64,000 bases of DNA from a bacterium (GCA_963675755.2 CAXXMD010000001.1:288001-352000); one strand, 5' to 3'. Counted from the first letter of the stretch, positions 40,299-56,806 are shown. The notes: generated from the letters alone by a model not told the origin. A program made the numbers and translations.

Positions 40299-42311
40299 GT
40301 GAAAATGAAATCCTATACAAAACTTTTTATATTATCAATGGTGCTTTTTAGTTTTACATGTTTTGCACAGGACAAAAATGAAACTGAAATTACTGTACAT
40401 GTTGACAGTATTGCCGGATATATTGATGCAAATATTTATGGCCAGTTTGCTGAACACCTCGGAAGTTGTATTTATGGTGGAATTTGGGTTGGCGAGGACT
40501 CGTCCATTCCTAATACACGTGGAATACGAAATGATGTAATTGAAGCCTTGATAAAATTAAAGGTTCCTGTATTACGTTGGCCCGGTGGCTGTTTTGCTGA
40601 TGAATACCACTGGATGGATGGAATTGGTCCCAGAAAAGACAGACCTGAAATGGTCAACACCAACTGGGGTGGAGTAGTTGAAGACAATAGTTTTGGAACA
40701 CACGAGTTTCTGGATCTCTGTGAGATCATTGGTGCAGAACCCTATATTGCCGGAAATGTAGGAAGCGGCACTGTAGAGGAATTTTCAAAATGGGTTGAAT
40801 ATACTACATTTGATGGTAAAAGCCCAATGGCTAATCTTCGACGGGAAAACGGCAGAGATAAACCCTGGAAAGTCAAATACTGGGGTATAGGTAATGAAAG
40901 CTGGGGCTGTGGTGGACGTATGCACCCTGATTATTATTCCGATCTGGCAAGACGGTATTCGACTTTTGTCAAGAATTACGGTGATAATCAGGTTTTTAAA
41001 ATCGCTTCAGGACCCAATGTGACGGATTCTGTGTGGACCGATGTTGTTATGAAACAGGCAGGTGATGTTATTAATGGTCTTGCGCTTCATTATTATACCA
41101 ACAATAACAGTCCGGCTTCAGATTTTACAGAAAGCGGTTGGTTTGATGTCATCCAAAAAACGCTAAGAATGGATGAAATTATAAACATGCATGCAGCTAT
41201 TATGGATAAATATGATCCTGAAAAAAGAGTTGCATTGGTTGTTGATGAATGGGGTACCTGGCATCGGGTTGAACCGGGCACGAATCCGGCATTTTTGTAT
41301 CAACAAAATACCATGAGAGATGCGATTGTAGCTGCAAGTAATTTGAATATATTTCACAAGCATTGTGACCGGGTGAAAATGACCAATATTGCACAAATGA
41401 TTAATGTTTTGCAGGCTATGATCCTTACGGATGATGAGAAAATGGTATTAACTCCTACCTATCATGTTTTTGAAATGTTTAATAAACATCAGGATGCTAT
41501 AAGTTTAAAAATAGATGTTAAATCTGTAAACTATGTTATGGAGAAAGCTTCCATTCCTGCCGTAAATGCATCTGTGTCTCTTAATTCTCAAGGTAAACTT
41601 TTAATCTCATTATGTAATGTTGATCCCAATAATTCAGAAATAGTGAAAATTAAAACAAACAGCTTTCGAAATGAAAATATCAAAGCTCGGATATTGACAT
41701 CTGAAAAGATGAATGCTCTTAATTCTTTTCAGCAACCTGAAACGGTGATTCCTAAAGAATTCAAGGATTTCAAACTTTCTAAAGACAATTTGATAGTAAA
41801 TATGCCGGCAAAATCAGTTATAGTTTTAGAAGTAGAAGGGAAACTGGATTCGAAAATTGGTAATCCGTTAAAAGTTGAAAATCCCCAGCCAAAGTTAAAT
41901 TATACCTATTACAAGGGAGTGCTTTATTCATTAGCAGGTCTTGATGATATTGAAATAGTGCGAAAAGGATTCATTGAGCAGATTAAAATCCCGGAAGAAA
42001 ATTCAGGTGGTGATTTTGCAGTGAGTTTTTCCGGATATATAAATATAGAAAAAGATGGATTTTATACTTTTTACATCAATGCGGATGATGGTGCAAACTT
42101 TTATATTGATGGAAAATTAATTGTCAATAACGATGGCAGACATGCACCTATTGAGGCGAGAGGATTTACCTCGTTGAAAAAAGGATATCACAAGATAGAG
42201 TCTAAGTTTTTCCAGGCTGGTGGTGGTATGGTATATGATGTAAGTATTGAAGGTCCGGGATTGGAGAAAAAACTAATACCCTCGAGTATGTTGTTTCATG
42301 AAAATAAATAA
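40299..42311 (+). CDS. GH51 alpha-L-arabinofuranosidase with C-terminal PA14 domain
   Basis: [48 protein letters not shown]; PA14 motifs FSGYI…[11 protein letters not shown]…NDGRH; start GTG 40299 or ATG 40305. Confidence 0.93.
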   Translation: MKMKSYTKLFILSMVLFSFTCFAQDKNETEITVHVDSIAGYIDANIYGQFAEHLGSCIYGGIWVGEDSSIPNTRGIRNDVIEALIKLKVPVLRWPGGCFADEYHWMDGIGPRKDRPEMVNTNWGGVVEDNSFGTHEFLDLCEIIGAEPYIAGNVGSGTVEEFSKWVEYTTFDGKSPMANLRRENGRDKPWKVKYWGIGNESWGCGGRMHPDYYSDLARRYSTFVKNYGDNQVFKIASGPNVTDSVWTDVVMKQAGDVINGLALHYYTNNNSPASDFTESGWFDVIQKTLRMDEIINMHAAIMDKYDPEKRVALVVDEWGTWHRVEPGTNPAFLYQQNTMRDAIVAASNLNIFHKHCDRVKMTNIAQMINVLQAMILTDDEKMVLTPTYHVFEMFNKHQDAISLKIDVKSVNYVMEKASIPAVNASVSLNSQGKLLISLCNVDPNNSEIVKIKTNSFRNENIKARILTSEKMNALNSFQQPETVIPKEFKDFKLSKDNLIVNMPAKSVIVLEVEGKLDSKIGNPLKVENPQPKLNYTYYKGVLYSLAGLDDIEIVRKGFIEQIKIPEENSGGDFAVSFSGYINIEKDGFYTFYINADDGANFYIDGKLIVNNDGRHAPIEARGFTSLKKGYHKIESKFFQAGGGMVYDVSIEGPGLEKKLIPSSMLFHENK

Positions 42312-42355
42312 ACAGGATTTTTTATATACATAAATATTTGATGTCTATCAAATTT

Positions 42356-42425
42356 CGCCTGAGAAAAGCTTCTACTGACAATGAGAAAATCTCTCACTGT
42401 AAACTCCCTTTTCTCAGGCGTTTTT
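42356..42425. other. Structured intergenic element (13-bp outer stem plus inner hairpin); terminator and/or small RNA
   Basis: CGCCTGAGAAAAG (42356-68) pairs perfectly with CTTTTCTCAGGCG (42408-20), followed by T5. Confidence 0.55.
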
Positions 42426-42515
42426 ATTTCTGATAGGTAGTAAAGCATTTTTGTGTTTTAGGTATACGTCTTGTCAGAATTTTTGTTTTTTATATTTATG
42501 TAGATTATAAATAGT

Positions 42516-42545
42516 AATCCCCAATCTTGAAAAAGATTGGGGATT
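42516..42545. terminator. Perfect 13-bp hairpin downstream of the minus-strand gene
   Basis: AATCCCCAATCTT-gaaa-AAGATTGGGGATT. Confidence 0.7.
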
Positions 42546-42577
42546 CACTCTTGAATAAATATCCCTATTGCTAATAT

Positions 42578-43132
42578 TTATTTAGTAGCAAAAGAATCAT
42601 GAAACAATTTATCGATCGCTTTTTTACCATCATCATCCAGGTTGCGGGTTCCTGTTACTGCAATTGTTTTATGGCAGATTTTGGGTTCATCTGTAATCCA
42701 TTCGTTATTTTCCCAGGTAATCCATTCTCTACGCTCAAGATCATAAACATGAATTGGCCGATTAAACAGTTTAGCCAATTCTACTCCCCAACCGGTACCT
42801 CCACGAATTGTATTATTCGATAGCAACCAGCCCACGGCAAACAATTGATATCCATTGTTGATCACATGAAATATGGTCTGAAATATTTTTCTCATTGTAT
42901 CTGTTTGTGCAAAAGTACGTTCCATATGCTTATTCACAATTGCAAGACTAATATTGCCAAGAGAGAGTTCTTCATCTGAAAGTATTTTCAATCCACGTTC
43001 ACGTACAATTTCATGATCTTTGAAATTAAATGTAACTTCATTCATTTTCCATTTCTCAGAACATATACCAAAATACTCTTCTGTTCCTTTGTGACCCGAA
43101 GTGTAAACGGTACATTCAGTAGCTTTAAACAT
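42578..43132 (-). CDS. Hypothetical protein, SLOG-superfamily-like (DprA/YpsA-type Rossmannoid)
   Basis: Start moved to ATG 43132 (AGGAG RBS); TSGHKGTE, GGTGWGVELAK…PIHVYD, AVTGTR motifs. Confidence 0.6.
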   Translation of the reverse strand: MFKATECTVYTSGHKGTEEYFGICSEKWKMNEVTFNFKDHEIVRERGLKILSDEELSLGNISLAIVNKHMERTFAQTDTMRKIFQTIFHVINNGYQLFAVGWLLSNNTIRGGTGWGVELAKLFNRPIHVYDLERREWITWENNEWITDEPKICHKTIAVTGTRNLDDDGKKAIDKLFHDSFATK

Positions 43133-43474
43133 AGGTGCTCCTATTATATTCAAGTAATTTGATGTTTCCATTTATTAATTATTCAATATTAGCAACAATT
43201 TAACTGTTATTAATATTTACCAAATTGTTGCAATTTATCATATTTAAAAGTAAAATTCAAATAAAAGATGCTCTTTTCAGTTTTTTTTACTCCCAAGAAT
43301 TTAAATTTAAAGAATTATTTCAAAATATTGATTCTCTTGTTTGGATTTGCTATTTTAAACAGGAAGTAAAAAGTTTGTTTTCAACATACCATTATTAAAT
43401 GCTCCCTGAAAAAACTGCCGGATAAATGAAAAACAACAGTATCAATACACTGTTCAATGAAAACGGATTAGAAT

Positions 43475-44593
43475 ATGAAAAGATTGATTTGTTTACCCGT
43501 TTTGATACTTTTTCTTTTTTGTAATAAACAACCTGGAGAACTCCTGCAAACAGTCTCTGAATCCCGGATGCAGGAGATTTACGAGCTGGTAAAAACGCCG
43601 TATAAATATGAATTGATCCTCGTACCGGACAGTAATGCCTACAAGATGGATTGTCCTACCATATTTCGTCATGATAATCATTGGGTTATGACCTATATTG
43701 TTTTTGATGGCCGCGGTTATGAAACACATCTCGCGCAAAGTGGGGATTTGATACAGTGGGATCTGCTGGGACCCATCATGCAGTTTTCTGACACTACCGA
43801 CTGGGATGTAAACCAGAAAGCAGGTTATCCTGCACTCATCGATTATGAATGGGGCGGCAATTATACGATAAACACTTTTGACAACAAATACTGGATGAGC
43901 TATTTTGGCGGGGATTCGAGAGGATATGAGAGAGGATTACTCTCTATTGGTATAGCATTTACAGAAAAGAATCCTTCAGAACAACACCAATGGACGCGAC
44001 TCAAAAAGTCGGTGTTAATGTCAACCGATACTGATGCGCGCTGGTATGATAATTATACCATGTACAAAAGCTCGGTGATTGAGGATAAAGAACGTCTGAC
44101 CGGACATCAATTTGCTATGTATTACAATGCCAAAGGTGACAGCCTGAATCCTCAAAGAGGGGCTGAGCGTATTAGCATGGCAGTGTCTGATGATATGGTC
44201 AATTGGAAAAGATACGGCAATGAACCATTGATCAATCACCATAAAGGGATTTGCGGGGACGCTGTGATTCAAAAAATTGATGATCTGTATATCATGTTTT
44301 ATTTCGGAGCGTTCTGGCCCGATCAGGAAGCCAAAGCTTTTAACCGGTTTGCTTGTTCATATGATCTTGTACATTGGACCGAATGGACCGGTCCCCATTT
44401 GATTGAACCTTCAGAACCGTTTGATAATCTCTTTGCTCATAAATCCTGTGTGATAAAATCAGATGATATTGTATATCATTTTTACAACGCAGTTGATACA
44501 CTCGGTAACCGGGGTATTGCCTTGGCTACATCAAAAGATTTGGGCAAGAGTAATTTGAAATTTAACTCTCTACAAGAATCATTAATAAAATAA
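43475..44593 (+). CDS. Five-bladed beta-propeller glycosidase, GH137 (beta-L-arabinofuranosidase)-like lipoprotein
   Basis: MQEIYELVKTPYKY, DCPTIFR, GRGYET, YKSSV, GDAVIQK, FAHKS resemble the GH137 module of B. thetaiotaomicron BT0996 as recalled. Confidence 0.75.
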   Translation: MKRLICLPVLILFLFCNKQPGELLQTVSESRMQEIYELVKTPYKYELILVPDSNAYKMDCPTIFRHDNHWVMTYIVFDGRGYETHLAQSGDLIQWDLLGPIMQFSDTTDWDVNQKAGYPALIDYEWGGNYTINTFDNKYWMSYFGGDSRGYERGLLSIGIAFTEKNPSEQHQWTRLKKSVLMSTDTDARWYDNYTMYKSSVIEDKERLTGHQFAMYYNAKGDSLNPQRGAERISMAVSDDMVNWKRYGNEPLINHHKGICGDAVIQKIDDLYIMFYFGAFWPDQEAKAFNRFACSYDLVHWTEWTGPHLIEPSEPFDNLFAHKSCVIKSDDIVYHFYNAVDTLGNRGIALATSKDLGKSNLKFNSLQESLIK

Positions 44594-44635
44594 CGAGTCG
44601 TGATTAAGAGAAGGATTATATTTATATTGTCTGAT

Positions 44636-50363
<5,728 letters not shown>

Positions 50364-50400
50364 TTACGAGTTGATTTGTAAATCCCGGAGTGGTGGATTA

Positions 50401-53400
50401 TTGAAAGAAATATATAAATTTATCATCACGATTTGTTTAGTATCTCTGCTTTTTTTACGGCTTGTCAGAATACAGGATCTGTTCCCATTGCAGACTCTGT
50501 GGATGCCACTCCCTGGAGTTACTGGTATTGGATGCATGGGGCCATCAGCAAGGCAGCTATTACTGCCGATCTTGAAGCTATGAAAAAAGTCGGCATGACA
50601 GGCACCTATATCTTTTCAATTCGTGATATTGCTGATCCGGAATTATACCCATCTGCTGTAAAAACCTTGAGCCCGGAGTGGTGGGAGTATATCCGTTTTG
50701 CGGCCAGTGAAGCCAAACGGCTGGATATGGAATTGGGATTCAATGCCTGTGATGGATTTACCTGTGCGGGCGGACCGTGGATAACCCCTGAAATGTCCAT
50801 GCAGAAATTAACCTGGGCGGATACAGTTGTCTCTGGCGGACGTTTGTTTTCTGCTAAATTGCCTCAGCCCGTGACCTTGCAAAATTATTATAATGATATA
50901 GCGGTTTTTGCCTATCCTGCTCTCCCCGGGGCGGGTATGAATTCGTGGAAGAACCGTCCCACTGTTACCAACAGCATGACAGACCAAAAGGTCCAGTACC
51001 TGGCTGATCCTGATAATGAGCAATTATTCACCAGTACGCAGCCGGGATGGATCCAGTTTTCTTTTGATGCACCCTTAACCTGCCGTTCAATCCAAATCAA
51101 AACCGGCTGGAACAACTACCAGTCCAATCGATTGATTATAGAAACCAGTAATGATGGAGTTCAGTTTAAAAGACATACCCGTCTGGTCCCGCCGCGCAGT
51201 GGCTGGCAGGATCTGGACGCGGACAATACCCAACTCATTCAACCCGTAACTGCAAAATATTATCGGTTTGTTTTTGATCCCGCAGGCTCTGAACCCGGTG
51301 CCGAAGATCTGGATGATGCCAAATGGGAACCCACTTTGCGATTATATGGAATCGGACTTTTATCCGAAGCTAAAATACATCAATATGAAGGCAAAAATGG
51401 TTCTATATGGCGGGTAGCGGACCGGTCGGATGATGGTTTGCTTCAGGATTCACTTTGTGTGGATTTGGAAAAGCTAATAAATATCAGCGAGAATCTTGAA
51501 CCCGATGGTACATTGAACTGGCAGGTCCCGGAAGGGGATTGGGTTATTTTACGCATAGGGCACACCTCAACCGGACATGAAAATTATGTTGGCGGTGGCG
51601 GTAAGGGCCTGGAATGCGATAAATTAAATCCTGATATTGTGCGCTTTCAATTTGATCAGTGGTTTGGTGAGATAAATCGTCAATTGGGAGAGGATTTATC
51701 TGATGTAATCACCCGCTTTCATGTAGACAGTTGGGAGTGCGGCAGTCAGAACTGGTCTTCTGTGATGCGAAATGAATTTAAAAAACGCAGGGGATATGAT
51801 ATTTTTGACGTTTTACCAGTGATGGCCGGGGTACCGATTGATAATGCGGAAACCTCTGAACGGATTTTATATGATATACGCACAACGGTTGCAGAACTAT
51901 TTGCGGATAATTTTTATAAAACATTTTACGAGGAATGCCAAAATAAAGGCGTTCTGTTTTCTGCTGAAAGTGATGCACCTGTGGGAGTGGGAGACGGGAT
52001 GCTGCATTTCAAATATACAGACCTTCCCATGGGAGAATACTGGTTCAGGAGTCCGTCTCATGATAAACCCAACGATATTCTGGACGCGGTATCGGGGGCG
52101 CATATTTATGGTAAAAAGATCGTCCAGGCTGAGAGTTTTACCGAGTTGCGGTTGGATTGGGATGAAATACCGGCCATGTTGAAACCGCTGGCGGACCGTA
52201 ATTTCGCTTTGGGCATTAACAAAATAGTTGCACATGTGTTCACCCTGAATCCCTGGATGGACCGGGTACCCGGAATGACGCTGGACAGGATTGGCAGCTA
52301 TTTGCAGCGGGACCAGGTTTGGTGGGATTTCAGCTATGCGTTTTGGAATTATATTGAAAATTGTCAAAAGTGGCTGCAAAAGGGCGATCCGGTTGTGGAT
52401 ATTGCTGTGTTTACCGGTGAAGAGGTTCCGCGTCGAGCTGTATTGCCGGATAAGTTGGTTGATTTCCTTCCCGGAATTATGGGACAGGAACGCATAAAGT
52501 GTGAAAAAATGAGACTGGAGAATAAAGAGTTTCCCCTGCATTCGATGCCGGATGGCGTTACCGTTTCGACAAATATCGCAGACCCTGAAAAATGGATTGA
52601 TCCCTTGAACGGCTATAGTTATGACTCGATCAATCGAGATGCGCTGCTCAATCTGGCTAAAGTAGAGGATGGTAAAATCGTTTTGCCGGGAGGTGCAAGC
52701 TATTCCATTTTGATTGTGCCGGGTAAGCGCAAGCTTGCTCCCCACGGTGGAGAGCGCATGAGTGTAGAGATCGCAGAAAAACTGGCAGAACTGGTCCGGA
52801 ATGGAGCTACGGTATTGTGGATGGAAAAACCTCAGGGGACGCTGGGATATAAGCAGAGTGACAGTGATGCACTATTACAGAGTATCATTTCTGGACTATT
52901 ATCAGAGAATTCCCGGAATCATGATACACATCTCCTTTGGGGACCATACAAGCTGGAAACGTTTTCGCAATTGGGAGTGGAAAAGGATTTCGTTGCTAGT
53001 AATTCAAACGGGAATCTAAAAGGCAAACTAGCCTGGAACCATCGACATGATAAAGATACCGATATCTATTTTATAGCCAATCAAACGGATGAAACGTTTC
53101 AAGCCGATATGAGTTTCCGGGTGTCAGGTAAAGTACCGGTTTTTTATGATCCCTTGAATGATGTATATATAAAATGTCAATCCTGGCAGCAGGTGGGTAA
53201 TCGTATTGAAGTGTATTATGAATTTCATCCCAATAGCTCTGTTTTTGTCCTGTTTAATGATGAAACTACAATATCGAATACGATTGAAGATCTGGTACCT
53301 TCTCAAACCGCACTCTCTGTAACGGGTCCCTGGACCCTGAGCTTTGATCCTGGTTTGGGTGGACCGGAATCTCCAATATATTTGGACAAATTGCAGGATT

Positions 53401-53786
53401 TGAGCATAAATCCCGATGATAATATTCGATACTATTCAGGTATTGTTACCTATCAAACCCGGTTCAACTGGAATGGCAATTCCAATCAACCTGTTTGGCT
53501 TGATCTGGGAAAGGTTCACAACGTCGCTCGTGTTCAGTTGAACGGGGAAACCGCAGGTGTCTGCTGGACGCTACCGAATCGCTTACGCATTGATAAATAC
53601 TTAAAGCCGGGCATCAATCAGTTAGAGATAGAGGTTGCCAATACCTGGCACAATCGATTGATTGGAGATCATTCACTGCCCGAGAGTGAGCGTATCTCCT
53701 GGACCACCGCACCCTACAGATTAGAGGGAAAACCGTTGTTGAAATCCGGTTTGCTGGGCCCTGTCAGCATTCAGGTTGTGAAATAA
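50401..53786 (+). CDS. GH106 alpha-L-rhamnosidase-like lipoprotein; N-terminus apparently frameshifted at a T7 run
   Basis: PWSYWYWMHG, GGPWITPE.SMQ, DSWECGSQNW, PMGEYW, AESFT, EVANTWHNRLIGD, SGLLGPV. Main ORF is 50433-53786; the signal-peptide n/h region lies in another frame starting at TTG 50401. Confidence 0.88.
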
Positions 53787-53955
53787 AGCTGCACTATTAA
53801 AAGTGCAATGTAATATTAAAAGTTATGCTGCTGTTATGATTGTGAAATTTTTATTGCATTTCAAATTATGCTGTTTATCTTGAAATATATACTTTTTGTA
53901 CATTTAATATTAAAATAATAAACTAAAATATTCTTGCGCTAAATGGAGTAGTGAT

Positions 53956-55146
53956 ATGAACATGAATCGCAGAAAGTTTATGGGCGTTTCTACTGCAGCG
54001 TTACTTGGGGCTGGTGCCTTGAAATCCGGTTTCGCTGCCGGTGAAAAATACACGGCATGTGTGTTGGGCGATACTAACCAGGGCGGATTCGGACACCGCA
54101 TGCACCTGGTTTGGGAAAAGGTTGACAATGTAGAACTGCTGGCAATTTCGGACCCCGATGAAAAGGGCCGGGCACAGATTGCAAAAGAAGCCAAACCCAA
54201 ACGTACCTATGCCGATTATCGCGAAATGCTGGAAAAAGAAAAACCGGATTTTCTCACCATAGGTCCACGATGGACCCATCATCATGTAGAATATCTCACT
54301 GCCGCCGCAGAGTACAATCTGCACGGATTGATGGAAAAACCGCTGGCTGTGGATCTTGCGGCAGCTGACATAATGATAGAGATCATTGAAGCAAAGAATT
54401 TAAAGTGGTCCATGGCGTTCAATTTTCGTCCCACAACAATCGTTCAGCACGCCATTAAAATGGTGGTAGAAAAAGGACTCATTGGAGATATCCTGGAACT
54501 GCGCGGACGCGGCAAGGAAGACCATCGCTCCGGCGGGGAAGACCTGCTTGTGCTGGGCACCCATGTTTTTGATATCATGCGATATTTTGCCGGTGATCCG
54601 CTTTGGTGTAGTGCGGACCTTACCACTATGGGCAAACCTTCCACATTAAAAGAAATATACGAATCCAAAGAGAATCTGGGGCCCATGCTGGGCGACCGGG
54701 TCAATGCCATGTATGGATTCAAAGACGGTATTGTGGGATATTTTGCGTCCTCTCGCAATTCTGACGGTAATGGCGGCAGATGGGGACTGGATATATATGG
54801 ATCAAAAGGTATTGTCACCATCCGTTTGGACAAACGTCCTTTTGCGTACCCGGTTGCGTACTGGCTGAATGATTCCACCTGGGCACCGGGAGAAGAAAAT
54901 GTTGCATGGCAGCCCTTGCCGGATGCGCCCGAGTTGGGCATTACGGATCCCCGTACAGAAAACTATTTGCCCATTGTTACGGATTTGATAAAGGCTGTAG
55001 AGCAGGACCGTCTGCCCAAAGTGAGCATGCAGGATGGCCGCGCGTCACTCGAGATGATTCAGGCGGTGTACGAATCTTATTTGACCGGTAAAAAGGTGAC
55101 ATTCCCGTTAAAGGAGCGTGTACATCCGTTGATACGGTTAACATAA
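53956..55146 (+). CDS. Tat-exported Gfo/Idh/MocA oxidoreductase
   Basis: NRRKFMG Tat motif; YADYREMLEKEKPD, EKPLA, LGTHVFD. Confidence 0.88.
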   Translation: MNMNRRKFMGVSTAALLGAGALKSGFAAGEKYTACVLGDTNQGGFGHRMHLVWEKVDNVELLAISDPDEKGRAQIAKEAKPKRTYADYREMLEKEKPDFLTIGPRWTHHHVEYLTAAAEYNLHGLMEKPLAVDLAAADIMIEIIEAKNLKWSMAFNFRPTTIVQHAIKMVVEKGLIGDILELRGRGKEDHRSGGEDLLVLGTHVFDIMRYFAGDPLWCSADLTTMGKPSTLKEIYESKENLGPMLGDRVNAMYGFKDGIVGYFASSRNSDGNGGRWGLDIYGSKGIVTIRLDKRPFAYPVAYWLNDSTWAPGEENVAWQPLPDAPELGITDPRTENYLPIVTDLIKAVEQDRLPKVSMQDGRASLEMIQAVYESYLTGKKVTFPLKERVHPLIRLT

Positions 55147-55163
55147 TTGATTAATTGCCTTAA

Positions 55164-55235
55164 AATAGAACACGAATGACACGGATAAAACAGATTTGCA
55201 CAAATCCGTGTCATTTGTTTAATTCGTGTTCTATT
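55164..55235. repeat. Nested palindromic REP-like element
   Basis: AATAGAACACGAAT / ATTCGTGTTCTATT outer arms and ATGACACGGAT / ATCCGTGTCAT inner arms. Confidence 0.65.
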
Positions 55236-55327
55236 GAACCATAAAAAATACTTGAATACTGCCTGATTTCGTTTATATTATAGAATTATTTCCTCTTGAA
55301 AATTACATCATTAATGGAAAGGGCGTT

Positions 55328-56440
55328 ATGGACAATACGTTGAAACCGGGACAGGGGCCTGCCGGACGGCTTGCGTCGCTGGACTTTTTTCGGGGATTTA
55401 CCATGTTTTTGTTGATAGCAGAGGGGACGCATCTGTTTTCCAAACTGATTTCTCCCGAGCTTGAAGGCACATTTATCCATTTTATCGGTACGCAGCTGCA
55501 CCACCATCCCTGGCACGGTCTGCGATTCTGGGACCTGGTACAGCCCTTCTTTATGTTTATTGTGGGTGTTGCTATGCCTTTTTCCATCTCGAAGCGTATA
55601 GAGAGGGGAGACGACAAATCCGCTATATTTAAACATGTGCTCCAACGGTCGCTGCTGCTGCTGCTCATCGGATGGGCGCTGTACTGTATAGGACCGGGAC
55701 GTATTACCTTTCGATTTCAAAACGTACTGGCGCAACTGTCTGTTACCTATTTCATCGCTTATCTGCTCATGAAACGCTCATGGACTACCCAGATAAGCTT
55801 TACCATCGTTCTGTTGATTGCGGTGGATTTGCTTTATCGATTTTTTCCGGTGGCGGGATTCAATCAGCCGTTTGTCCCGGACCATAATTTTGGCGCCTGG
55901 TTCGATATGCTTATTTCAGGCGAGCTTTCCAGCGGGCACTGGGCGTCGTTCAATGCCTTTCCTACCACGGCGCATACGGTTTGGGGTGTTATTGCGGGAC
56001 AATTATTAATGAGCGACAAATCCGACAAGCGCAAGGTGCTTACGCTCGTTGTCGCGGGTGTGGCGGCATTGATTGCGGGGTACGCTTTGGATCCGGTCAC
56101 GCCTATCATCAAGCGCATCAGTACCAGTACTTTTGTACTTGCCTCGGGTGGATGGGCTTTGCTGGCCCTGGCGTTCTCGTACTGGATCATTGACATGCTG
56201 GGTTATAAAAAATGGAGTCTGTTCTTTGCCATTGTAGGCATGAATCCGTTGTTCATCTATCTGTTCGGGCACGTGGGCGGCTCGGGTATTGTGTACTCGA
56301 TTGTCAAACCCTTTTCTATTGGACTTCTATCGTGGATCAACCCGCTTTTTGCCGAGATCGTCACAGGTATGATTACATGGTATCTGTTGTGGTATATCTG
56401 TTACTGGTTGTACAAACGGAGAATTTTTATAAAAATATAA
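55328..56440 (+). CDS. DUF5009 / HGSNAT (NagX)-like multi-TM acyltransferase
   Basis: RLASLDFFRG, HHPWHG..FWDLVQPFFMFIVG, PIIKRISTSTF, GMNPLFIY. Confidence 0.87.
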   Translation: MDNTLKPGQGPAGRLASLDFFRGFTMFLLIAEGTHLFSKLISPELEGTFIHFIGTQLHHHPWHGLRFWDLVQPFFMFIVGVAMPFSISKRIERGDDKSAIFKHVLQRSLLLLLIGWALYCIGPGRITFRFQNVLAQLSVTYFIAYLLMKRSWTTQISFTIVLLIAVDLLYRFFPVAGFNQPFVPDHNFGAWFDMLISGELSSGHWASFNAFPTTAHTVWGVIAGQLLMSDKSDKRKVLTLVVAGVAALIAGYALDPVTPIIKRISTSTFVLASGGWALLALAFSYWIIDMLGYKKWSLFFAIVGMNPLFIYLFGHVGGSGIVYSIVKPFSIGLLSWINPLFAEIVTGMITWYLLWYICYWLYKRRIFIKI

Positions 56441-56445
56441 ATTAT

Positions 56446-56474
56446 AAAGCCGGTCAATATTGATCGGCTTTTTT
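56446..56474 (+). terminator. Rho-independent terminator
   Basis: AAAGCCGGTCA-atat-TGATCGGCTTTTTT. Confidence 0.8.
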
Positions 56475-56569
56475 GTTAAAAATTTAATTCTGATAATTAC
56501 CACTTTAGCAGTTGGTAGTAGATAGGTTGCCTACACCTCGTATCCGGGATTATAGAAATGTGATTATCA

Positions 56570-56598
56570 CCTCCCGGAGGTCCCAGACCTCCGGGAGG
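56570..56598. repeat. REP-like palindrome, copy 1
   Basis: CCTCCCGGAGGTC-cca-GACCTCCGGGAGG, perfect 13-bp arms. Confidence 0.85.
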
Positions 56599-56806
56599 CT
56601 GTTGAAAAACTAATATACTCTCCTTACCAAATACAATTTGGTAAGGAGAGTTGGCTCCAAGCTGTGCTTGGAGAGAATCGAACAACTCAAGTGTCGTTAA
56701 TTTTTAAACAATTGCGAAGCAGAGCTTCGCACCAAAGTTCCGTCCCAAATTCCAATTTGGGACGGAGAATTGATGGTTTTTTAAAGTTATGGCATATTTT
56801 AATAAT
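56597..56806 (+). mobile_element. MITE-like element, copy A (~210 bp, four internal hairpins)
   Basis: Left end GGCTGTTGAAAAA; hairpins CTCTCCTTACCAAAT/ATTTGGTAAGGAGAG, CTCCAAGC/GCTTGGAG, TGCGAAGC/GCTTCGCA, TCCGTCCCAAATT/AATTTGGGACGGA; homologous to 60871-61079. Confidence 0.7.

Noticed and set aside
39956-43470. tRNA-anchored genomic island or prophage
   Set aside because: No integrase, and I found no duplicate of the tRNA 3' end downstream; only the AT-rich flanks hint at it
50371-50583. Independent 70-aa gene upstream of GH106
   Set aside because: Better explained as the out-of-frame signal-peptide portion of the GH106 gene
51897-52745. 282-aa antisense ORF (likewise 16882-17562, 28489-29070, 58604-59194 and other short overlapping ORFs)
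   Set aside because: They lie wholly opposite or inside well-supported genes and have no recognisable motifs; codon-bias shadows
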